In this document: positions 31,762 through 42,463 of the stretch, in pieces
How positions within the stretch are numbered: position 1 is the stretch's first letter
Layout of the letters: every line of letters begins with the position of its first letter
Source: Savitreella phatthalungensis
Taxonomy: Eukaryota
DNA length: 64,000 nt
Assembly (NCBI GenBank): GCA_051599415.1
Contig: AP039696.1
Span: 124,001-188,000 of the forward strand
Reading direction: 5' to 3'
Notes under the pieces: model-generated
Database searches by the model: none
What the model was told of the DNA's origin: nothing
Seen by the model: only the letters and a program-made list of their open reading frames with translations
Position numbers and translations under genes: made by a program

Positions 31762-33438
31762 CCGTGGAAGGTTGCGGTAGGTTAGCACATGGTCTATGTG
31801 GGTTACTGGCTGTTTGAGCTTGGTATGCTAACCGAGAATTCGATTCAAGCTGTATATTCACTCAGCTGAGTCTGAATGAGGTGACCGCATCACTCCGGTC
31901 CCGCTGCTTGACTAAAGATTCAATTGATGATGACTTGATTCAGATTCAGATTTTAGATTTGCCCCTCGGAGGTTAAACTTGGTAAGTTTGACTGGATAGA
32001 TTTCTCGGCGATGATCATCTGCCGAAAGACCGAGTTATGAATGTTTAATTGTCAGAATCTAGAAATCCACATGTAATTCGTAACGAATCAAATCAGTATC
32101 CGTGAATCGACAGAGAGCCAAGAGATCCATTCGTCTATGGCCTGTTGGCAAGGGTTCTCCCGAAGCCACCTCCGCACAAGTCTGATAACTATGGATGAAT
32201 GGAGCATCTGAACAAGACAGCAATTCGTGACAAATCATGCTAAGCCTCTTTGGTCGAAATTCTGATTCTCTCGCGGCTCAGGTAATAAAATAATCTCTAT
32301 AGCACGTTTGTTTGATGAAGTCGGGAATTTAGGTAACAGATTCAGTGGTATGATGTCACCTTCCGAGAATCTGTAGCTGGAAAGGTTCAATCTGGATTTC
32401 AAGACTTCTAGAGTCGTTTGCTTGGCGGAAAGCAGATAGAATACTTCGAATCAGGTTCAATTCTGAATTGCTGTTTCACAGGTTAGAACGTGCTCTGAGA
32501 GACGCTTTCGGTAGTGGAGAGCAGAGGAGGATCTGATCAAGCACAGATCTGCAATTCAAATCCATTGATTGATACACATTTCTGCGTCTTCTTCCTTCTT
32601 TCTGCATCGAAGCCATCTCGGAGCTTCAAATCCACCGACCCGGCGAATTGTCTCTGGGTCATTCACCCCTTGCAGATCGAGCGATATGGAAAATTCCCGC
32701 TGCAAGGCAAATCAAGGCGAAAGAGCAAAGGATCATTGTCATCATCAACAGCTGAAGCAATTGCAGCAGTAAAGCATCACATAGCTGAGTAGAAGCGCAA
32801 CAAATGCTAAGCAAATGGCACAAACAGTCAGCAGCTAAGATCTCCTGTCGGCAGAGACCTCTTCCTTTACCTCAACCAAGTTAGTCAATCAATTGTTGGC
32901 TCATTCAGTCAAGGTTGTCACAGTCGGTCAAATGAATCCCGTATATGTTCTCTCATACACTCCATAGCCTCGCTTGACCTTTCTTGTCATCCTTGCTCAG
33001 AACTCGCAAGTATCTTGACGCTGACGCCAACAACCGACCAACGACGCCGCCTCTCCTTTGTCAGGATCGCTTGATTCTTTGTCAGTAGCACAGCTGCGAG
33101 AACACTCAAACAGGCTACCTTGCAATCTCATACGCGCTCACATACCTACCACGCACACACACCTACATTCCCAAACGGGCACTTGCTTATCCTGTGATCC
33201 AATTGCGCTCACGCACTGCCACGCCCACCACGGATCATCTTTTGCTCCGACACCCGCGCAACCATACATTGCGCTACACAATAAAACCACTTTGATCGCG
33301 CGTTCACCTATACTTTCGTCGTCTTTGGGCTACAACTCCCATCCCGCCAAGTCATCCTTCGCACGTTCAACATTTAATTGCGACTGCCTATCCCATCTTA
33401 TATCCTAGCGTTCTTTCTACATCTGCTTCTCTACAGCA

Positions 33439-35046
33439 ATGTCGGTCTCCGCTAACGATCGGGCGTACCAGCCGCAATTACATGCGCAACAACAGCAACA
33501 GGAAGGTACTATCAATGTGCTTGGACCGGTAATTCGCACAGGTAGCTCCGAAGCGACTGCTTCACGCAAGGACTCTTCCCCTGGAAGCGAGTCCGGAAAC
33601 AACACGATCGTTGACGAGGGAGGAGTCATGAATCACCCGCAATCTCTTGACGACAATCAGCTTGACGAACTCAGAAGGACACTTTCGAAGCGCTCTGTCG
33701 GTGGCGATCCGCTCGACCTTGAGCACAATTTCTCTCTCGAACGCTATGTGCGCGAGCTCCTGCACCGCCAGGATGCTCAGCAGATTGGCCGTCGTGCGGC
33801 TGGTGTGTGCTGGAAGAATGTTTCAACTTTCGGTGTCGGCGCTGGCCTGTCGTACCAGGCAAATATCTCAGATCCCTTGTTTGCACCTTTCCGGATCAAG
33901 GAGATCATCAACTCGTCTCTTCACCCTCCTAAGAAGACCATCATCTCCAACTTCAACGGTGTTGTTCGCGACGGCGAGATGCTTCTCGTGCTCGGCAAGC
34001 CCGGCGCAGGTTGCTCGACCCTGCTGAAGTCGCTCGCAGGTGAGCACAACGGATACACCGGCGTGGAAGGTGATATCCACTACCATGGTATTTCACAGAA
34101 GACGATGCTTGGCCAATACCGTGGTGAAATCGTCTACAACGGTGAGGTGGACGTGCACTTCCCTCACCTTAACGTCTCGCAGACGCTCCAATTCGCCGCT
34201 GAGGCTCGTCTCCCGCATGCACGTGTGGACCGTATTCCACGGAAGGATTACACCGCCAGAGTGCGTGATGTGCTCGCCACAACCTTCGGCCTCCGTCACA
34301 CCTATAACACTAAGGTCGGAAATGACTACGTCCGCGGCGTCTCTGGAGGAGAGAGGAAGCGTGTCTCGATTGCAGAGACACTTGCTTCACGTGCGCAGAT
34401 CCAGTTCTGGGACAACTCGACACGTGGTCTGGATGCGTCGACCGCACTCGAGTATGCAAAGGCGCTGCGTGTGTCGACCAATCTGGCGCGTTCGACCTGC
34501 GTCGTCTGCATCTATCAGGCAGGCGAGCAGCTGTACGAGGTCTTTGACAAGGTTACTGTCGTCTACTCTGGCAAACAGATCTACTTTGGTCCTACAGAGT
34601 CAGCCAAGCAGTACTTTGTCGACATGGGCTTCGACTGTCCCAAACGTCAAACGACCGCCGACTTCCTCACTGCCATCACAGACCCGAAGGCTCGGTTCGC
34701 TCGCGAAGGCTTTGCTGACCAGGTTCCAAGGACACCGGAGGAATTCGAGGAGCGGTGGCGCAACTCGTCTGACTACCAAGACATGATGCGAGAAATTGAA
34801 GCATACAACAACGAGTTTGCAAACGGAGAAACCGAGAAGACATATCGCGAGACTCTCGACGCAGAGAAGGCAAAGCGTGCAGGCAAAAAGGGTCCGTACG
34901 TCATCTCCTACCCCATGCAACTCCGTCTGTGCTCCAAGCGCGCATGGCAGCGTATCACAGGAGATCCAGTGATGATTGGATCGTCAACGATCGGTGCCAT
35001 CGTCCAAGCTCTGATTGTCGGCTCTGTCTTCTGGAAGTTTGTCTAG
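33439..35046 (+). CDS. PDR/ABCG transporter N-terminal part (NBD1 + TMS1)
   Basis: PDR-type degenerate Walker A GKPGAGCST, VSGGERKRVS, WDNSTRGLD, RQTTADFLT; ends right after first TM helix ALIVGSVFWKFV-stop. Confidence 0.92.
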   Translation: MSVSANDRAYQPQLHAQQQQQEGTINVLGPVIRTGSSEATASRKDSSPGSESGNNTIVDEGGVMNHPQSLDDNQLDELRRTLSKRSVGGDPLDLEHNFSLERYVRELLHRQDAQQIGRRAAGVCWKNVSTFGVGAGLSYQANISDPLFAPFRIKEIINSSLHPPKKTIISNFNGVVRDGEMLLVLGKPGAGCSTLLKSLAGEHNGYTGVEGDIHYHGISQKTMLGQYRGEIVYNGEVDVHFPHLNVSQTLQFAAEARLPHARVDRIPRKDYTARVRDVLATTFGLRHTYNTKVGNDYVRGVSGGERKRVSIAETLASRAQIQFWDNSTRGLDASTALEYAKALRVSTNLARSTCVVCIYQAGEQLYEVFDKVTVVYSGKQIYFGPTESAKQYFVDMGFDCPKRQTTADFLTAITDPKARFAREGFADQVPRTPEEFEERWRNSSDYQDMMREIEAYNNEFANGETEKTYRETLDAEKAKRAGKKGPYVISYPMQLRLCSKRAWQRITGDPVMIGSSTIGAIVQALIVGSVFWKFV

Positions 35047-36003
35047 TCCACCTGCAACCTCCGATCCCGGGTGCCCGACGAGCAGACGATCCGACCGTCA
35101 GACAACCACTATTTATGACCATGATTCTTGCATCCTCTACCCTCTCAGCGGCTTCTATAGATATCAGCGAGCAAGCGATTCTGCCATCTCAGCTTGTGCC
35201 CAGATCGATCACCAGTAATGATTCACATCAATGAAGAAAAGCCCGAGATCAGTTAATCACTTGCTTGTCGTGAACCTCATCCTCTGCAGTTCAATCTTAA
35301 CTAGTGACTCGACATCTCCGTTGATTTGCCAAGCATACGAACCGCTGAGGAATACCCATACATGTCTACCGATCGAATTAACCTGTTCTGATTAGACATG
35401 GCACATTCTACGAGCTGTTGTTGCCTGGAATTTAAGGTGTGGATATCGTCGAAAGGGAAATCCAATCTCCGTGAAGTCAAACGCACAAGAACAACATCCT
35501 TCAGTTGCGGCTCCCCGCCGCTCAGGGTCTTCGGGTCTCCCCTCTCTCATCCTTGTCTATGGCATCTGTGTCCTCAAGTCCTGACCCTAGCTCCTTCAGG
35601 TTTATGACTAAAAGTATTAAGCTTCAGCGGCTATTCTCGCACTCACATGCCAAGCAAGGTGGAAGCGCCCTGACCGATCACTGATTTAAAGGGTGTACTC
35701 TTGACAGCTAAGTCAACGTCACCAAACTCCTCCTGAAGGCGTAAGCCTAGCCTGTTAAACTATACCTTCTCGGAAGCTCATCGGCCTCGCCTGCATTACC
35801 TGGAAGTAGAATTGCCTAACGTTGCTGGATCGCTTCAAACCTCTCCAAGGGTGACCTAACAATTTGACCGCGCGGACTAATACTTAGGTCGTCTGCGTCG
35901 TCACCACTTTCTTTTGGAATCCTGTCAATCACCTGACATCATCTATTTTGTTCTTCATTGAAGTCAGGAAGAGCTCAGACAGAGTGATAAAGCTTCGTTT
36001 GTC

Positions 36004-38502
36004 ATGCGTCTCGAACTCATGCCAGCGACGCCTGCGCAGGTACGTCAATCATGGCGTCTAAACATGGACTCATTCGGTCGCGCGTATACTCCAGAGGACT
36101 ACACCTCCAGAGAGCTCGCACAAATCGAGACCTTCCCTCCAGAAACCGTCGCGCACCTTCATCCCGGCGGAGTGCCTTCGTCTCCTGCCCGGAAATCGCC
36201 ATCAGCGAATGAAAGCGCAGGTCAAGGCGTTCCGTCAGGTCCACGGCGCACCGCTACTGGCGATGTCGAAGTCGGCCTACCTATGCACGGCGGTATGACT
36301 GTCTGGGTCCTGGTCGATGTTGATGAAGCTGTAGCGGAGGGTCAAGAACGCACGGTCCTGGCATCATGCGAGACCCTCCATCGACCTGCAGTGATCGCAC
36401 GACCTGTCGTCGGCGCGCGCAAGGTCAAACTTCATCGCTCTGCCGCACAGGCTGGCGAAGAAGGTGAATCGACGAGTGTTGGCGATCAGCTTGACAAATC
36501 AGCAGCTCAGGCAGGCGTGACCGTTATCCCAGGCGACGCTTCACCCTCCTTCGACCGCGCACACAAAGCAGCCTCCCTCCTGTTCGGCGATAGCCAGCCG
36601 TCGAGTGCAAGGCCCTCAGGCGAATTCTCTCGGCATCGTACACATGAGACGACGGAAGATGCAACGAAACCTGCCGTACCGACCGCGGTCCCATCGTCGC
36701 CATTAGCTTCTCCGCCCCCAGCGCCACCGGCTGACTCGCCACCGGCCGTCCCTCACGTCTTCAAGACCCATGCAGAGGACGATGGTGAGCCCAATCATCC
36801 AGCTGCAAAACCACTCGAACGTCAAATGACAGGCGAAAGGAGGCTATCGCGCCAGACCACCGGTGAGCGACGGCAGCTGAAGGCCGAAGCTGCCGCTGCG
36901 AAAAGGCAAGCTCGCGACCAGGCCCGAGCTGATCGACGTCGCGCCGTCGCTCGATTCTTCGGCGTCAAGACATCATCCTCTCCAGCGCCAGAAGACAAGA
37001 AGCCGCAATCGCAGCAGAAGCCACATTCCACTGCTGCGCGTCCATCTCTACCTCCCTCACAGCCAACCACCGTCGGCAAGAAAGTACCCCTCAACAGACC
37101 AGCATCACCGCATCTCCGCGCAAAGCCAGACATCCTACCTACGCCGCCAGACTCTGCAATCTCTCGATCAGGAAGCTTCAGTCTCTCGCAGAAGCCATCG
37201 TCGGAGCTCGCAGCTGCCGTATTCAAGAAGGATGCAGAACTACCACCGACACCGAGTGGTAGAGGTGCTAACTCTGGCGTATACGGGGATGAAGATGATG
37301 ATTGGGAAGATGAGGATCTTGGTGAGTTGGAGGGTTACACTGTCGAGCGTGGTGCAGGAATTGGCGTGGCGAGTGTCTATGTCGCACCAGAGTACCGCAA
37401 CAAGGGTCTGGCGTCGATCATGATGGAACTCCTGGCAGACGTCATCACCTACCAAGGCCATGCACAGATGCGTCCTGAGGACGAAATTGACTCCGCAACA
37501 CAGGTCCAGTCCACCGCATCGCAGGGAACACCATCACAAACACCAGACGGCCACGTCTCAGACACTGTCCTCGCCTCAGTTCTCTGGTCAGACGTCGGTC
37601 CGAGCTTCTACGCGAAGTGCGGTGGTTGGGAGTGCGGAGCGTCCCGGAGCTTCATCATGCGGTTTGAGGAAGGCTGGAGCGACTGGCGGAATCCGGAGGT
37701 ATCGCGACATGCGCGCAAGGTGGCTTCAGATCTGCAGCGCGGAGGCGGCCAATTCTTAGCAGGCTGGCAAGCAGACGAGCTCGCAGACGCGCTCGGCGAC
37801 TACATGCTCTCGACCGTGCAGGCGCGTGCGAGGGAGCTATCCCGACTAGGTCGTTCTGCCACAGACGATCTCCGCACCGTCGTGGCATTCCTCCCATCAG
37901 CGCAAGTCTCGCGGTGGCACAGGTCACGCGCCGTCTGGACAGCAATCCACCTAGGCGTCCAACCTCTCCGACTCCACAACATCCCACACGTTCCAGATCA
38001 CCTCGACCATCTAGCGCCGATCGAAGCAGACTCGCTCGGCCACACATGGGGTTACAAGCTTGCAGACGACTGCTACATCCTCTGGACGCACAACTACAGC
38101 AAGACGAAAGCAGCAGACTCGACCCTGTACATCCTCGGTCTCCGTCTGCCTGATTCTCCAGAGGCTTGTCTCGACAAGTCGCTCGCACACGACCTTGACG
38201 AGGCCCTCGTCAGACTTGTCGGTGCCGCTGTTGTCGAGGCACGCCGGACCGGATGCGCACGCGTCGAGATCTGGGATCCAAAACCTCACCAGGTCAGAAT
38301 CCTCTCGGCCTACATCTCCGTCCAGGGCGCAGACGACCTCGGTCTCGACCGCCTCAAGTTCACACTCGAGTCACCAAGATCACACTCACTCGGCTGCATC
38401 CTACTTCCACACCTCGAGCGCCGCTTCAGGAGAAGTCTCACAGAAGAAGACGAGGTCGAGTCAATCGAATGGATTGGTCAAGCCCGCTACGCCTGGTGCT
38501 GA
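36004..38502 (+). CDS. Lyc1-like GNAT lysine acetyltransferase with long low-complexity insertions
   Basis: VLASCETL; GVASVYVAPEYRNKGLASIMM (acetyl-CoA motif); SVLWSDVGPSFYAKCG; C-terminal EWI...RYAWC. Confidence 0.7.
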   Translation: MRLELMPATPAQVRQSWRLNMDSFGRAYTPEDYTSRELAQIETFPPETVAHLHPGGVPSSPARKSPSANESAGQGVPSGPRRTATGDVEVGLPMHGGMTVWVLVDVDEAVAEGQERTVLASCETLHRPAVIARPVVGARKVKLHRSAAQAGEEGESTSVGDQLDKSAAQAGVTVIPGDASPSFDRAHKAASLLFGDSQPSSARPSGEFSRHRTHETTEDATKPAVPTAVPSSPLASPPPAPPADSPPAVPHVFKTHAEDDGEPNHPAAKPLERQMTGERRLSRQTTGERRQLKAEAAAAKRQARDQARADRRRAVARFFGVKTSSSPAPEDKKPQSQQKPHSTAARPSLPPSQPTTVGKKVPLNRPASPHLRAKPDILPTPPDSAISRSGSFSLSQKPSSELAAAVFKKDAELPPTPSGRGANSGVYGDEDDDWEDEDLGELEGYTVERGAGIGVASVYVAPEYRNKGLASIMMELLADVITYQGHAQMRPEDEIDSATQVQSTASQGTPSQTPDGHVSDTVLASVLWSDVGPSFYAKCGGWECGASRSFIMRFEEGWSDWRNPEVSRHARKVASDLQRGGGQFLAGWQADELADALGDYMLSTVQARARELSRLGRSATDDLRTVVAFLPSAQVSRWHRSRAVWTAIHLGVQPLRLHNIPHVPDHLDHLAPIEADSLGHTWGYKLADDCYILWTHNYSKTKAADSTLYILGLRLPDSPEACLDKSLAHDLDEALVRLVGAAVVEARRTGCARVEIWDPKPHQVRILSAYISVQGADDLGLDRLKFTLESPRSHSLGCILLPHLERRFRRSLTEEDEVESIEWIGQARYAWC

Positions 38503-38705
38503 ATCCAGATCACCTAGCTCACCCTAGCCATAGTAATCTCCATCATGTAGACTGTCCCATTTCGAGTATTCTGCATTCCGGAGATATGGATAGGACGAAT
38601 GACTGCTGTGCTGCGCCGGCTCCGCATATTATTGTGTACGTACTCACCTGCACAGTATACGTCAGACGCATTAAGCGGGTACTACTCCTGAGAACACAGC
38701 TCTCG

Positions 38706-39689
38706 ATGAAGGTCCGGATACAGGTCAAGACCGGTGGATCCGCCGCGCGTCACATTCTCGAGCTTCCCGATGATGAGGGCGGCGGCGACGGCGCGCTTCT
38801 GTACGCTGCGATCATCGAGAAGACATCTCTGGACCCAGGCAGCTTCGCCGTTCTCTCAGGCTACCCGCCTCGTCCGATCGATCTCCTCTCCGCCACCCCG
38901 CTCAAAGACCTAGGCATCACTAACAATGCATCCATCATCGTCGACGTCTCACACGCCCACAAACCAAAGCAACAAGCCACCGCAACCTCCTCCTTCGCGC
39001 GCAAACCCAATCCGACGAGCACAAACACCAGCGCGAACGCAAACGCTGATGCAGATGTCCCATCCGTCTCCGTAGGTACTCGTGGCACCGTCACCCTGCG
39101 TGTGATGGAGGACGACAACAGCTGCCTGTTTCGAGCGATTGGGTTTGTGTGTGTTGGGGGCGGGGTGGACACTGGTGGTGCGCTCCGGGATGTGTGCTGT
39201 GACGCGATCGAGCGTGATCCCGAGACGTGGAACGACGGTGTGCTTGGGATGCGGCGGAGTACGTATGTGGCGAAGCTCCAACGGCCCGACACCTGGGGAG
39301 GCGAGATCGAGATGCAGCTGCTGGCAACCCACTTCGGTGTCACCCTGGCCGCCGTCGACGTTCGCTCACAGCACATCTACAGGTACAACCCGGATGCCGC
39401 ATCACGGAAAACAGTGTACGTCCTATACTCCGGCATACACTACGACGCTATCGCCATGTCGACCCACCCCGGCGCCTACACCGACCTCACACAATTCGAT
39501 ACGGGCGATATCGCAGTCGAGAATGCCGTCATCGAGCTCGCGAGAAAGCTAGGCCAGAAGGGTTACTACACAGACACGGCTACCTTCACACTCAAGTGTA
39601 ATGACTGTGGGACGAAGCTGCAGGGGGAAAAGGCAGCGCAGGCACACGCAGCCGCCACAGGACACTACAACTTTGGCGAGCACAAGTAG
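38706..39689 (+). CDS. OTU1: Ubiquitin thioesterase Otu1
   Basis: UBX-like GYPPRPI; DDNSCLF (Cys), WGGEIE, YSGIHYD (His); C-terminal C2H2 CNDC..HA..TGH. Confidence 0.92.
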   Translation: MKVRIQVKTGGSAARHILELPDDEGGGDGALLYAAIIEKTSLDPGSFAVLSGYPPRPIDLLSATPLKDLGITNNASIIVDVSHAHKPKQQATATSSFARKPNPTSTNTSANANADADVPSVSVGTRGTVTLRVMEDDNSCLFRAIGFVCVGGGVDTGGALRDVCCDAIERDPETWNDGVLGMRRSTYVAKLQRPDTWGGEIEMQLLATHFGVTLAAVDVRSQHIYRYNPDAASRKTVYVLYSGIHYDAIAMSTHPGAYTDLTQFDTGDIAVENAVIELARKLGQKGYYTDTATFTLKCNDCGTKLQGEKAAQAHAAATGHYNFGEHK

Positions 39690-39710
39690 GGGATTAGGTA
39701 TCGATTTGTA

Positions 39711-41336
39711 TCAATCGGGGAGTAGTTTACCTGGATTCAGGATCCCGAGAGGATCCAAGACACGCTTGATGTCCCGCATCACCCCGATCGCGACGGAGCC
39801 GTGCTCCTTCTCCATGGAGTGGCGCTTGTGTGAGCCGATGCCGTGCTCGCCAGAGACGGTGCCGCCGAGAGACAGGGCGATATCGCTCAGTTCGTCTGCG
39901 AGCTGGTTTGCTTTTGTGAGCTCCTCGGGAGTGTAGAGGATCAGGGTGTGGCAATTGCCGTCAGCCGCGTGGCCGACCACTGTCGTCCTCAGGTCCAGCT
40001 CCGCCGCACGGGCTTTGTACCGCTCGACCAAGTCAGGCAGCAGAGACAGCGGCACGCACACGTCCGTCGACAGCGCCTTGCAGTCGGTGTGTGACGCGAG
40101 CTGGGCGAGAAGCAGATTCTTTCGCGCACCCCACACCTTCTCGGGCTCGTCGGCTACGGCAAACCCGGTGCCTCCATGTGATTCGCACACATGCTGCAGG
40201 AGATCCTGCTGACCGGGCATGTCGTGTGCGCGCCCGCTCAGCTTGAAAAACAGGTGGGGTTTCTCCGGGAGTGAGAGACCGTTGTAGGTGTTTGTTGCCG
40301 GGATGTTGCCATCGTCGACAAGCTCCAGGCACTGTGCTGGCAGTCCTGCCTTGCCTACGGCCACGACAGCCTGGGTGACGGCGCGGGCAGAGGGAAAGGC
40401 ACACGTGCCAACAACCTCTGCCTCAGGCAGTGGTGCAAGCCGCACAGTCACCTCCGTCACCACCCCGAGCGTCCCTTCTGCACCGATGAACAGATGATTC
40501 AGATCGTACCCAGACGACGACTTCTTCGCCAGACTCCGCGTCCTGAACACCTCACCACTCGCCAACACCACCTCCATCGTCACCACCCACGCTTCCATCG
40601 TCCCGTACCGCGCCGCATTCGGCCCAGAGCACCTGGTCCCCACACACCCGCCGATCGTCGCTCCTGGACCCGGGTCGACCGGGAAGAAGAGTCCTAGTGG
40701 TCTGAGGTGCTCGTTCAGGTCCTGCCACCGGACGCCTGGGCCGACGGTGGCGGTCATGTTGTGGAGGTCGACCGCGTGGACGGCGTCCATGTGTGAGAGA
40801 TCGATCGAGATGCCACCGCTGCAGGGCGAGAACTGACCCTCAATCGACGTCCCACCCCCATAAGCGACCACAGCCACATTGTACCGCGACGCCACCCGCA
40901 TCACGTCACTCACATCAGCCCGACCTCGCGGCCATACCACAATGTCGGGCGTGCCAGAGTCGTTCTGGGGGAAGTAGGCGCTCGACCCGTGGACGGCTAG
41001 GTCAGAAGGGTCGATCGAGGAAGGGTAGTCTCGTTGGCGTAGCTCGGAGATGGCGCTTGACAGACGCCGGCGCGGAGGTAGAGTGGTATGAGATAGGTAG
41101 AGTGCGGTAGCTCCAGCGATGCTCACGCCAACGAGCGCACCTAGCAGAAATGACACGTTCGAGCGAGAGCGACCCCTATCTCGGTCTCTTTCTCGACCTC
41201 CACCTGATGACCGATCCCACCGTGTGAATGAGATATGAGGTTTTGAACCATGTGAGGGTATACCTTTCGTATTACTCTTGGCAGCTGCAGCAGCGGCACG
41301 ATGGGCGCCGTGCACAGCAGGTCTCACACGCTGCAT
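39711..41336 (-). CDS. DLD1: FAD-linked D-lactate dehydrogenase (cytochrome), mitochondrial
   Basis: YGGGTSIEG, FFPVDPGPGATIGG, KKSSSGYDL, GAEGTLG, GHAADGN, GEHGIG, DPLGILNPGK. Confidence 0.85.
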   Translation of the reverse strand: MQRVRPAVHGAHRAAAAAAKSNTKGIPSHGSKPHISFTRWDRSSGGGRERDRDRGRSRSNVSFLLGALVGVSIAGATALYLSHTTLPPRRRLSSAISELRQRDYPSSIDPSDLAVHGSSAYFPQNDSGTPDIVVWPRGRADVSDVMRVASRYNVAVVAYGGGTSIEGQFSPCSGGISIDLSHMDAVHAVDLHNMTATVGPGVRWQDLNEHLRPLGLFFPVDPGPGATIGGCVGTRCSGPNAARYGTMEAWVVTMEVVLASGEVFRTRSLAKKSSSGYDLNHLFIGAEGTLGVVTEVTVRLAPLPEAEVVGTCAFPSARAVTQAVVAVGKAGLPAQCLELVDDGNIPATNTYNGLSLPEKPHLFFKLSGRAHDMPGQQDLLQHVCESHGGTGFAVADEPEKVWGARKNLLLAQLASHTDCKALSTDVCVPLSLLPDLVERYKARAAELDLRTTVVGHAADGNCHTLILYTPEELTKANQLADELSDIALSLGGTVSGEHGIGSHKRHSMEKEHGSVAIGVMRDIKRVLDPLGILNPGKLLPD

Positions 41337-42010
41337 GTGGGAGACGGAATCTATCAGCAGAAGTCAAGTAGCAATCAATGAACTCTGTCAGCCAGAAGAG
41401 GAAAACATGACTAAGCGAGCGAAGAGCTAGACTAGAGGTCTATACCCAACGAAGGATGGACGAGAGGATGAAGAGAGCCTTGTTTAGTGGGTTGGAAGAT
41501 GGATGCGTAGAAGGATTACCTCAAACTGTGCATCCATCTGTGTCGTTCTCCGAGTCGTGCATCCTGAATGATGGAGTAGCTGAAATGCACGTGCTTCCAA
41601 TTCGATCTCTGCGTACACGTGTTTCTAGTGGGTTCACGTGAGATCGACCGTGAGAGATTCTATCGACTTCCGCCCGTGTTTGACTCCGCGCTGAGGTGAT
41701 TTGTGTAGAATTGAATTTTCAGATCTTGCATTCATTCAGAGTTCTGGTGTCTGAGTGAGTCTCTCTCCAGTAACAGCAGCATCAGCATCAGCATGTGCAC
41801 CACTACACTCACACTCGCACACAACCACATACACTCCTCTGCCTAGTCTCCCCTGGTCTGTCCGTCACTCAGTCAATCAGTCAGTCAGTCAGTCAGTCGA
41901 CCACCTACCTACCAACTCAAGAAGCCTCTCTCGTCACTCATCTCTGGTTCTTTGTGAGCTTCTATCGAAGTCGAGGACCCAACACAAAAAAAGAATCAAC
42001 CCCAACCATC

Positions 42011-42463
42011 ATGTCTGACAACGGTGAACACATTGATGAGACTCCCGTCGAGGAGACGCAGGTCGAGGTCTCTGCCGAAGGCGCTGCTCCTAAGGGACAG
42101 ATGTCGATCGAGGACGCTCTGAAGGAGGTGCTCAAGCGCTCGCTCGTCAATGACGGCCTTGCACGTGGTCTCAAGGAGGCCACCAAGGCACTCGACCGTC
42201 GTCAGGCTCACCTGTGTGTGCTGTGCGAGTCGTGCGACGAGGAGGCCTACACGAAGCTGATTGAGGCTCTCTGCGCTGAGCACAAGATCAACCTGATCAA
42301 GGTCGCAGACGCAAAGAAGCTCGGAGAGATGGCAGGACTCTGCGTCCTCGACCGTGAGGGCAACCCGAGAAAGGTCGTCGGATGCTCCTGCGTCGTCGTC
42401 AAGGACTTTGGAGAGGACTCCGAGGCTCTCCACGTTCTCACCGAGTTCTTCCAGAGCCAGTAA
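42011..42463 (+). CDS. RPS12: 40S ribosomal protein eS12, intronless
   Basis: [43 protein letters not shown]. Confidence 0.96.
   Translation: MSDNGEHIDETPVEETQVEVSAEGAAPKGQMSIEDALKEVLKRSLVNDGLARGLKEATKALDRRQAHLCVLCESCDEEAYTKLIEALCAEHKINLIKVADAKKLGEMAGLCVLDREGNPRKVVGCSCVVVKDFGEDSEALHVLTEFFQSQ

Noticed and set aside
32420..32470. GGTTCAATTC B-box-like motif suggesting a tRNA
   Set aside because: T-stem and cloverleaf do not pair; no tRNA supported
30963..35046. Split intein joining the ABC halves
   Set aside because: No intein-like extensions: the N-part ends two residues after the junction and the C-part adds only about 10 residues
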